DNA of 60,000 nucleotides from Botryllus schlosseri (lineage: Eukaryota). Under the pieces are notes generated by a model, which had not been told where the DNA came from, ran no database searches, and worked only from the letters and a program-made list of their open reading frames with translations. Shown here piece by piece: positions 24,847 through 35,480 of this stretch. A program made the position numbers and the translations under genes. Position 1 is the stretch's first letter; each line of letters opens with the position of its first letter. The stretch lies in contig CM119371.1 in assembly GCA_051294905.1 (NCBI GenBank), forward strand, positions 11,162,001-11,222,000, in the 5' to 3' direction.

Positions 24847-26139
24847 TCTCACTTGAAATCGGTAGGAGTTGACCTTTTATTGAGTCAAACTTGTCGTCAC
24901 TGCCTTCATATTTCGCGTATGGAGTAGATATGGTAAGCCTAGTTGAGTATCTCTGATTTATAATACATTCAGCTAGCACACCTTGATCACAGATGTAAGT
25001 ATTTCCCAGTGCTGGACCATAAGCGTTCTCGACATCGTCGCAAAAAGTTCCACTTACTAAACATGGCAAAATATTCGGACAGATTTCTAGCAATGTGTGG
25101 CTCAGATCAAAACAGCATCCTTGACCGGACCTATAAAAAAAAATTGTGTGTATATTGAGATTATTCTGATGTAGTCGAGACAGGCCTTATTTTTGTAGCC
25201 AATGCGAAAAAACCTCGATTTAAATGAACAAAATTAAAGTACAATATGAAAGAATCGTGGAAAAAGCAATGAGTTGCTAATACAACTTCATATATCCCTT
25301 GTGAAATATATACTCTTACGTAATCAGAAATGAAGGGAACCAAACTCTCCGTGTATCAGCAGTGCAGTGATGGGAATTTGTGGTGATCGGTCACTTTGAT
25401 CATGTCAAGGTGCCGCAAATCAGTCTAGACAGCATCATCTACACACTGACTACATCAGTGTTGAAGGTTTATGCAGCGTGTGAATGCCCATCCCGTACAT
25501 GTAGCCATAGGCAAAGTGGTTCCAGCTATAAATCGACATCATGAATGTCATCTAAAGGTCTCATACCCTGTGTCTATATTGACTCCATAGATTTCGCCTC
25601 ATACAAATTAATAGCAACAACTTGCCCCGAATGACATTTTTTCAGAGAAAATTCTGTACAGAGACTAGACATATCTAATCCGATATCATAGCGATTTCGC
25701 TTTAACGCAATATCAGTAACACGGATAACAGTGACTCAAACAGTATTTGTCGTTTTAAGCATTTATAACCATTCCGGTATCGGTGTAATCGCCAGATTAT
25801 TTCAAATAATGTATAGTCACTTCGGTCTAGTGTGGAACATCATTGGTGTCCGGTATTATATTTGCTCTACTTTTCCGTGTGTGAAAACACCGCATCGCTG
25901 GAGATATTAGTATATGCAATCTATACAGAATCGTATTTAGAAATGATTTCTAGATTTTCAGTATAATCTCACCCGCGTGATGGTGAACGGTAGATTTTAG
26001 ATATGAGGTTTAGCACTCCTGCGTAACATTTTATTTCGTGATATGGAATATCACAATCCTCAAACACAACCGTATCGGACATGTCTCCAGTCCGTCGAAG
26101 GTATTCATCAAAAGAATCTATACTCCAAGTAGAGAAAAT
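24847..26139 (-). CDS. Two candidate exons (25973-26139, 24847-25130) encoding a Cys-rich segment; possibly the ectodomain of gene A
   Basis: tttacag|IFSTWSIDSFDEYLRRTGDMSDTVVFEDCDIPYHEIKCYAGVLNLISKIYRSPSRG|gtgaga (phase 0-2). ttttatag|SGQGCCFDLSHTLLEICPNILPCLVSGTFCDD...YICDQGVLAECII...LLPISSE|gtaagt (phase 2-1). The phase-1 end is compatible with the 14658 exon. Confidence 0.6.
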
Positions 26140-27227
26140 CTGTAAAGGAATGCAATAAGGTTTTGAGTTACAACGTATCGTCAGTCATTATATATTGATA
26201 TCATCGAAACAATTTCTGAGCGACCGCAGCACCGTGTCCTTCTGTATCAATTCCGTTTAAAATTATTTGGTGTAAGTGATTTGGGTAGCAGAATAAGGAA
26301 ATCGGGTGAATTGTCCAATTTCTCCGCCTATATGCATTGATCAGACTTATTAGCTTAATTATCCAACGCTAGAGGAATCAATTTTTTATTCAGAGAAAAC
26401 CACATTTGATGAAGTTACAATGCTTGTTGAAATGATGTAACTTGGCTCCGAAAAGCCATATGTTCGTGACATATCATAAATCGTACGTCGAAATTGATAT
26501 ACCACCGAGCGAGGCGCAGGAAATGAATTCCAAGTTTAATAACATGATATCAATATTCACGTAACTGCTACATTTTCAGAGTCTACAAGTTTAAGACTCG
26601 TCTGATTGGTTTGCGGGGCGGAATTTACAATAAACTGTATGTACCGCAGGGACGCGACAGTGGTCGAGTATTTATTTTCTTCTTTTCTATAATGTACGGA
26701 TTATGATATTGATACTTGATAATATTTTCAGTTGTATACGGCAGTGATTCTTAACCGAGTGTCAGCTAAACTTCGAAAGCATTGGTTCTTAAACTTTTCT
26801 TGCGGCGACCCGAATCTGAGTATTAATCGCATCTTGTGACCCTAGAGATGGGCTACATACCAAGCAGAATACATTTTTACCATTAGTATGCTACGTTTTC
26901 ACGGGCATATATGACAATGAGAACGCGTAGACAACAGTTCCGCGCAACCAAGTTCTATGGAACATGTATGGCGCACCCGATTTCAAAGATCCAACAGTTT
27001 CCTCTGTGTGTTGCAGTTGTACTACTGGCATCCTATGCTGGCCAAAAGTTTGTGTCTTCGCGTGTTCCGGCCCGTAAGAGGTGAGCCTTGAAATATATAG
27101 GTAGCATATTCCCGTACCCATTGCACAGCGCTACAGCCCCCCCCCCAACAGTTCTCCGACAGTGTTTCCCAGAGAACCAAATGTCGGACAGCTCTTATGC
27201 AGTCATACCAACTTGTGTACTACACAG

Positions 27228-28835
27228 TAGGGATGGTGTGAACGTGAGGTTCACGTTCGCGTTCTGTGTGTGAACCTCGGAAATTTAGAGGTTCGCGTTC
27301 ACAACAGAACCTTGGTAGGTTCTGCACTGTGAACCCATAGTGTCCTATATGGTGTCGACACAAGCAAATCGCACGGTTCAATGAAATTGTATCACGTCAC
27401 AGTTTCCATTTGGCTACAGGCAATTTGACGGTGATTTTTGACCGACTTGCCGAGCATCAAATTTGATAAAACGGGTATCAATCGAAAGCTGCCGCCGCAC
27501 TGATTACGAAAATATAAATTTTATTCCGCTCGCGGCCCTGGAACCCCCACAATCAGCCTCTAATTTTTCATTGTTATGGAGATTGGCATTGGGACGCAAC
27601 AATGCTGTCTGGCGAAACGACAGACGCAACAATACTGTCTGGCTCCCTTTTTCTCAAGCACCTGTCTCGTTTCGCTAGACAGCATTGTTGCGTCCCAATG
27701 CCAATCTCCATAACAATGAAAAATTAGAGGCTGATTGTGGGGGTTCCAGGGCCGCGAGCGGAATAAAATTTATATTTTCGGAATCAGTGCGGCGGCAGCT
27801 TTCGATTGATACCCGTTTTTATCAAATTTGATGCTCGGCAAGTCGGTCAAAAATCACCGTCAAATTGCATGTAGCCAAATGGAAACTGTGACGTGATACA
27901 ATTTCATTGAACCGTGCGATTTGCTTGTGTCGACACCATATAGGACACTATGGTGAACCTTTTTCATGTATTACAATTTTCACTTCATTATGGCATCTTT
28001 GGTTCGAATTTATTGCATTTCAACTGCGGGCCACTCTATGCATGGCGCTGGCAGCATAAAAAATCAACGCAAAACGAACACGCACCTTGACAATCTCAAA
28101 AGTTTTACTTGTTTTGTTACAAAAGTTTGCTCGAAATATCCAGCTTCCCCTTTGTGAATATTTAGTGACGCTCTGCTGTGAGCTTGACCCGCAATCACAC
28201 AACAGCACGAGCGAAATACACTACATGTAGTCAGCGAATGATGTTTATTCAACCAATCAATGAGATTGATATAGTTTTTTGATGTAACAAATCTAGCAGG
28301 TGTACGGGATCAATCTTGGATTCATATGTTTACTGCATCATTGAAACCAAATCCGTACGATTGAGGTGTTGGCTACAGCTGTATAACTTGTGGGGTAGCC
28401 TAATATCGGTAGCAAGTATAGAAACCTGTTTTACACTCTGCTCGATATCAATATGGCAATACTCAGACGCCGAATACATTGTCCGGTCTGGCCAAGATCG
28501 TTAAGGCGTAAGCTTATATTCCCTGGCTAGTCCTCGTCGAAATTGTTGGCAACGCGACGGATGATAGTGATTTCATGGAAGTATTTTATCATCTGATTGC
28601 CTCAGTTGATACACCTAGCGACGTTTAAAACGCCGATATGAAGGCCTACTTCAGCATTGTGGCATTATGTGGCTCGAGTCATTGCTAGGCTATCACTTCA
28701 TTGAAAGATAGGTTTGGAATTAGCAATATGACGTCACGTGACGTCATGAGGTTCACGTTCGCGTTCACACAGAACCTTTCAAAAAGGTTCGCGTTCACAC
28801 GAACCTGAACCTTTCAGAGGTTCACACCATCCCTA
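27228..28835. mobile_element. TAGGGATGGTGTGAAC MITE, copy 2 (contains a palindromic insertion)
   Basis: Same TIRs as copy 1; perfect TSD CTACACAG (27220-27227, 28836-28843). Confidence 0.93.
27336..27952. mobile_element. 617-bp near-perfect foldback element, P/Galileo-like termini
   Basis: Arms of ~285 bp starting CATAGTGTCCTATATGG, spacer ~45 bp; 7-bp duplication GTGAACC (27329-27335, 27953-27959); empty site in MITE copies 1 and 3. Confidence 0.9.
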
Positions 28836-29151
28836 CTACACAGGCCAACACATTTTCATGATAAAGTCATATTATGATGATGATTTTTCTACTTGGCACG
28901 CTTATTCGCAATAGTACTCAACAGCCAACATAGCGGCTTCGAAAAGTACATTCCATCCACAAGATTATCAAATGGTACGAAATTTCATGTTGCAAGAAAT
29001 TCAATAAATATTACATTCATATCACCAATAAAAGATCACTCTGGTACCATCGCGACCCAAAATTATACCCTTCGGAACCCATATTTGGGTCACTACCCAT
29101 AGTTCAAGAACACCTGCAACAATGTTGCAAAATGGTTGATAACCTAATTTG

Positions 29152-30146
29152 TAGGGATGGTGTGAACGCGAGGTTCACGTTCGCGTTCTGTGTGTGAACC
29201 TCAAAAATTTAGAGGTTCGCGTTCACAACAGAACCTTGGTAGGTTCTGCACTGTGAACCTTTTTCATATATTAAAATTTTCACTTCATATTGACATCTTT
29301 GGATCGAATTTATTGCATTTCAACTGCGTGCCACTCTATGAATGACGCCGGCAGCATGAAAAAACCAACTCAAAACGAGCATGCACCTTGACAATCTCAA
29401 AGATTTTACTTGCTTTATTACAAAAATTTTGCTCGAAATATTCAACTTTCCGTTCGTGAATATTTGGTGACTCTCCGATGTGAGCCAACCCGCAATCACA
29501 CAACATCACGAGCGACATACATAACATGTAGAGAGCGAATGATGCTTATTCAACCAATCAATAAGAATGATATCATTTTTTGATGTACAAATCTAGCTAG
29601 CGTACGGGGTCTATCTTCATCCTATGTTTACTGTATCATTAAAACCAAATCCGTGCGATTGAGGTGTTAGCTACAGCTGTATTACTTTTGGGGTAGCCTG
29701 ATATCGGTAGCAAGTATAAAAACCTGGTATACGCTCTGCCCAATATCAATGTAGCAATACTCATACACCGAATACATTGCCCGATCTGGTCAAGACCGTT
29801 AAGGCGTAAGCTTATATTCCCTGCAACTCCTCTTCGAAATTATTGGCAAAGCGAAGGATTATATTGATTTTATGGGAGCATTATATCATTTGATTGCCTC
29901 AGTTGATACATTTAGCGACGTTTAAAACGCCAAATGTACTTCAGCATTGTGGCATTATGTGGCCCGAGTCGTCGCTAGGTATCGTGTACATTAATATAGG
30001 CTATCACTTCAATGAAAGATAGGGTTGGAATTAGCTATATGACGTCACGTGACGTCATGAGGTTCACGTTCGCGTTCACACAGAACCTTTCAAAAAGGTT
30101 CGCGTTCACACGAACCTGAACCTTTCAGAGGTTCACACCATCCCTA
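29152..30146. mobile_element. TAGGGATGGTGTGAAC MITE, copy 3 (uninterrupted, 995 bp)
   Basis: Same TIRs; perfect TSD CTAATTTG (29144-29151, 30147-30154). Confidence 0.93.
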
Positions 30147-30610
30147 CTAATTTGTATTCTTTTAAACTAGGAAAATCATGAGGCAGTTTCGCTTCGTTAG
30201 TTGTAAAACTACAGGACTCATATCAACAGAATGGCCGTCTGAGATGAGATATTCTACTGTTCAAACTCATTTTAATTACTAATTGCCGTTGGTTTACTGA
30301 TGAAAACAGATGTTTTATTATGGATAGTGGATTAGACGAATAAGTTGGTAAGCAAGGTCAATAATTGTGACTTCGAAATGATTGTAAGAATCCATTTTCT
30401 CCTTTTATATATATAACCATTCCAAAATAACTTGAGGATGGGCTGCTGGATCAGTGGTTCTCAAACTGAGGGGCACGCCCCCTTGGGGGCCGTGAAAAGA
30501 TCTAGAAGGGGTTTCAATTCCTATGATAGTTCCTGCTCAGTTTACCGCTAAAAAGTTACTGAATGGTTGCATTAAAGTGGAGATCTGGTTTGCTTGGCTT
30601 TTGGAAATAC

Positions 30611-30848
30611 CTATCAGTAATGCTTCTGCGAATGTACTCTGGTAACTGCACTTGTACAGCGTGAAGAAAGTAGGGATTTCGGAGCTATGAATATCGCTTT
30701 GAGGTGTCTCGATTATATTCATTCGCCTCACGAAGTTTCGATGCTGGCATAGATAGATGCTCTTGACAGTACACTTTACAGACCGTGCTCTACGTGCCTT
30801 TGATGTTTCGAGACATTTAAATATGCTATACTCAATTCCTACTGCACC
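30611..30848 (-). CDS. Candidate exon (GAVGIEYSIFKCLETSK...VKCTVKSIYLCQHRNF...YKCSYQSTFAEALLI)
   Basis: Strong acceptor ttttcttatctacag and donor G|gtattt; 79 open codons in non-repetitive DNA. Its phase-1 end does not join directly to the phase-0 26139 exon. Confidence 0.35.
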
Positions 30849-31210
30849 CTGTAGATAAGAAAAAGGAAATGCACAGAAAAGCTCTACGTACGCCCAGTCG
30901 TTCTGCAATAACGCGGACAACCAGTGAATTACCTGAAGAGATGCAATGAAAGTCACATTAGATCGCTAGGCATTTCTGTAACACTATCCATCAGTCATGA
31001 CGACGGAGCTTATTAATCCTTGTGCATCATAATGTGACATACGATGGCATGGTATAGCTACTGTTTATGGTATCATTATTGCTACTCCGGTGCATGACTT
31101 ATATCTATATTCAGCACGTCATCGCTCGTTGCACGTAGTATATTCAGTAAAGATTATTTCTCAACTTTTTCTCGGTGTGACCTGTATTTTCTACTAGGAT
31201 CGTTCTATGA

Positions 31211-31998
31211 CAGTGGTTATCAACCTTTTTGTCTTCGCGGACCCTTTCGGAACGTCAGGGACCCCGCGGACCCCCACGAAGTTTTACTTCCAATTTTGCT
31301 AAATCGTCGTGCAATCGTCATCTCTGTTTTGTGCAATTGATTTGTGTGGGCATAGTGATAAATAGTCACAAAATGACTTTTCTTGAAAATAAGATCACAC
31401 TATTCATATAGAACTTGGGTTTACTTTTATTATTTCAAATCACATTCTGCAACTGCATTTCTTGAAATATACGTGGTCGTGTCTTGAAAATCCGCGTCTT
31501 CGATTTGATATGAACGAGTGCCGAAAATCCATTTGCACAAATAGATATGGTGGCGAATGTAATAATAGCACATAACGCTTCCGACGACGCATATGGGTAT
31601 AATCGCAACAAATATGGCACGAAAATTGACAAACAAATTTTGTAATGAATATATACCGTCAAGCCTGGTGTTTTCTATCTAGCATTCTAGCAGCATATCT
31701 TGAAGTTATCATGAAAAAAATAGTTATGTATATCACAGGAGAATAACGATTTGTCGTGATTGACCTTACTCATCCAACTTTTTTTCACAATTCCTAACAA
31801 AACAGCAAAATGTTTGTATCAGTAGGCTATTGGCATTCAAATTGAGTCCGCACAGTGTAGGATAATTCATAATCCATAGTAATGAAGCGAAACTGTCTCG
31901 TGATTTTCTGAATTTAAAACAAAATTAGGTTATCAATTATTTTGAGGCTTCGCGAGCCCCAGGAAAATGCTTCGCGGACCCACGGTTGAGAACCGCTG
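31211..31998. mobile_element. hAT (Buster-type) MITE
   Basis: Termini CAGTGGTTATCAACC...GGTTGAGAACCGCTG with cgcggaccc motifs; TSD TTCTATGA/TTCCATGA. Confidence 0.85.
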
Positions 31999-32307
31999 TT
32001 CCATGAAATACTATTGCTAGGTACCGGACGAATTCATCCAGCTTCCACCAGCTCACCGTCTCACGAGATTTTATGATATCATAGTAGGCCTACTCGTTAA
32101 CGTTGCTGGTTACTATGAACTTTATGTAACAAAACCGGCAGTAAAAGTGGACGTTTGTAAATAATTTGAACCCCACCACTGTTCTTAAAATGAAATAGGT
32201 GAAATGAAGCAATGTACGATTTATTAAAAACCAGACTATAATAAAATGGTAGCGGTCGGTAAAAGTCATCATCATCAAAAATCATGATATCTTGAACGAG
32301 AACTTAA

Positions 32308-32797
32308 AGGGGCACTGCGCTCTAAAAATGACGTGGTCTCAAATTGAAGGTAAAAACGAACAAAAATGGTTGGCCGCAGCCATTTCCTTCAGAACGCCAC
32401 CGTAATGGAGCTGCAATTTATTGAAATTTCTACAAGACCAGCTGCCGCGGCTGCTTAACCCGTTACATGGCACGATGTCTTTATAGTCGCACTTGCTAGA
32501 CGCGATAAGGCAGTCACGCAGAGAACGAAACTTAGACACATTTCCTTCATAACATCGGCTGACAACTATCTAAAATTTGTTCTCTGCGTGAATGCCTAAT
32601 CGCGTCGAGCAAGTGCGACAGTGAAGATATCGTGCCATGTAACGGGTTAAGCAGCCGCGGCAGGTGGTCTTGTAGAAATTTCAATAAATTGCAGCTCCAT
32701 TACGGTGGCGTTCTGAAGGAAATGGCCGCGGCCAAAAATTTTTGTTCGTTTTTACCTTCAATTTGAGACCACATCATTTTTAGAGCGCAGTGCCCCT
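32308..32797. mobile_element. 490-bp foldback MITE, Kolobok-like
   Basis: TTAA on both flanks (32304-32307, 32798-32801); termini AGGGGCACTGCGCTC...GAGCGCAGTGCCCCT; ~230-bp inverted arms. Confidence 0.88.
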
Positions 32798-33744
32798 TTA
32801 AAATAGTTCCCTTGCTTGTTACTTCCGCCGTGTATTGCAATACTGCGGCTATAGTTATCATGGATTCTGAAATTATAGTTACAGGTTATCGAATAAAAAC
32901 TAGTGAGTTTCCGTCCATCGATTTTACCCAGACCTAAATACGAGCTTACGCTACGGCCGTCGAAGGTTTGAAATTATTTAAAAGCTGTCTGAACCCATGC
33001 TCGCGACTAGATTGGAGGGAAGGTTTACAGGTAGTCAAAAATCTTTGAAATAAATGCTATTTTCGGTAAAATAGCATAAATATTTCAGCCAGCGAAAGTT
33101 TTTTCAGTAGCCTACTCTCGCAATTTATAATAATCTCGTTTTTTATACTGTTATTGGCTAGGGCTAATTATATCAAATCAGCCTCTCTAGGGCTCTTAAC
33201 AGATCGGGTTTGCGACGATGAAAAATGCTGTTGCAGACCCTATAACAGAGGTGGGCAAACTGCGGCTCTTTAATGATTGCCATTTTGCTAGTCAGGTTCA
33301 ATCTCATTATAAATTGATGCATTCTATCAAGTATTAGCAGTAGGCGTATTGTTTTCGTGTTGTTTTTTTCCTTGTGGTTTACGTAACACTTGTAAAATTG
33401 AGAAGGTGGCACAACAGGGTTAGAAAATTGCAATTGAACTCTCGAATCGTGTTCACATTAGCGTTACACTCGTAACAATGTTGCATGATCTGGCCGTCAA
33501 TCAGTGGTAAATCATTGTGTTCAACAATGAACTTGCTAATAATCAATCACGGTAGCGCAGGCAGACTTCGACAAATAGAAAATTTTCAGCTTTTCCAGAA
33601 TAGATTAGAATTAGAATTAGAGCAGGGGTCGGCAACCTTTTGCTAGTCGCGGGTCAAATTTCGGGTGTACAACCTTTTGGCGGGTCGGATTTTTTCTTAG
33701 TATTATATTTTACGCTCACTTCGGTATATTATCCTACATTATAT

Positions 33745-34259
33745 TAGGGCTGGGCAAAATCGAGTACCTGAGTGATTCGATTCTGAATCACGTAATATGC
33801 TTCGAGTCGAGTCGAGTAATCGAGTATCACTCATTATGACGTCACAACAGGATGTACCATGTCGAAGTCCAAATATGAACCTTTTATGCCACCACAAAGA
33901 ACGTAATGCCTGATATCCATCACATTAAAGACACTTTGGTATTTTTTCGACCATACCGATTTCATTGCACTTCTTAACAATGTTGGTGGATGATAATGAC
34001 TTCGGAAATGTGTTATTTCCAGTAACGTTCGTAGCTTTAAACTGTGCCTGGTATGCTGAAACACGGCTAATCAAGGTTTCACGGCTTCCTCAGTGGAAAA
34101 TAGTATCAAAACTATAATTCTCGTCAGTAAATTAACTTTGAGTTGCGAGGACCGTATAATTTCAGTACTCGAAAAAATCGTCTTTTACTACTCGACTCGA
34201 ATCATTAAAATTACTACTCGATTCAGATTCGAGTACTCGAATCATTTTGCCCAGCCCTA
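33745..34259. mobile_element. 515-bp hAT-type MITE with TCGAGT arrays
   Basis: TIR TAGGGCTGGGCAAAAT...ATTTTGCCCAGCCCTA; perfect TSD CATTATAT. Confidence 0.92.
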
Positions 34260-34339
34260 CATTATATACATCCTACATTGCTGCAATCTCAATCATACCA
34301 ATCCGAAGACACATCTATTTACACTTCAACGACACAGAA

Positions 34340-35480
34340 TAATTGTGACAATTGACGCAGCTTGCTTTGTGAAAGGTTTTCAACTTCTGGTAACAAGTCA
34401 GATGAAACAAGAATCAGACCCTATTCAAAATGGACGTCCGAAATACGTGATCTTAGCTTGCTCTTCGTGGATTTCATTGTTCAAAACTATTGTTCACATG
34501 CGTACGTGCTTCCAAAAATCGATGCAATTTCTTTTACATTGCTGGTCAAGCAGGGATAAAGACCAATTTCAAGAACGTACTCTTGTCAAAGTCATGCAAC
34601 GATCTGCACTTCGTATGAAATTCGTCATTCAATTCAACTGCATCGCATTTCAGAAAGGCCCATTTGAAATTTTCAGGCAATGGTATTGGCGTCCACATTA
34701 AACAGAGTACTGAATAGTCAGAATGCATTTTGTAGAGAAGGAATGTCGGAAAAGCGGGTGAATATTCAGTAGTTAAATTTCGTATCACAGTTACAAATGT
34801 AGTGTTGGTACTAGGTTTTCTCTCGTCCAGTATAGGTAAGTGAGCATAATTTTCTTTGTACTGTTGACATTTACAGAGTCACAGATTTGTTTTGAATGCG
34901 CCTCAACATCTCATGTATGTAGTTGTTTTCCCCCTGAAGTTGCAAGTTCAATTTGTTCAGATGTGACGTTAAATGTACAAGGAAAGCAAGATGAGATACC
35001 CATTTTCGATTACAAGATTATGGGTCGGCGATATTTGTGTTTTCGAGGAAAGTTGCTATTTCATTTCTCAGTTCATACACTCGTGCAAGCATAGCTGCTC
35101 GACTCCATGAGCGAACATGACAGAGATAGGCCTACATGACATCGCCATATTGATTCTCTGCTTCTAGTAATATCTGGCGTAACTGATTCAGTTGATGAGA
35201 CAAAAATCATATTAACAGTTTTCACCATTGTGGCCAAAACACTATTCAGGTTTTTTGTCTTGGCACACAATGCCTTCTGGAAAATCAAACTATAGACAGG
35301 CTAACAAACATACGGAGGCTAGTTATCTATAATTGAATAGTTTGAGATCACGTCTGAGATGCTCCAAGCGTTGTTTGAAGCAAGAAAGAACACCTTTATT
35401 GTCACACTCACACCCCGTTAGAGTGATTAACCCTTTAAAAAAGCATGGAACACCTTCGGTTGCGAGATACACCCGATTGA
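34340..35480 (-). pseudogene. Buster/SPIN (GTF2IRD2-like) transposase pseudogene fragment
   Basis: Motifs LATEGVP, VVKTVNMI, WVSHLAFLVHLTSHLNKLNLQLQGK and FGSTYACEQ*F*TMKSTKSKLRSRISDVHFE, with stops and frameshifts. Confidence 0.85.

Larger units (their letters stand above)
26780..29116. mobile_element. Old hAT-type MITE hosting the 27228-28835 insertion
   Basis: Degenerate termini cattggttcttaaac...gttcaagaacacctg with gcgaccc motifs at both ends; TSD not clear. Confidence 0.55.

Noticed and set aside
25360..25526. Extra exon between the two Cys-rich exons
   Set aside because: An acceptor-like site exists, but all three frames hit stops before a credible donor.
34093..34701. 202-aa + strand ORF, the longest in the track
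   Set aside because: It spans a MITE end and the antisense strand of a transposase pseudogene, so it is not a real gene.
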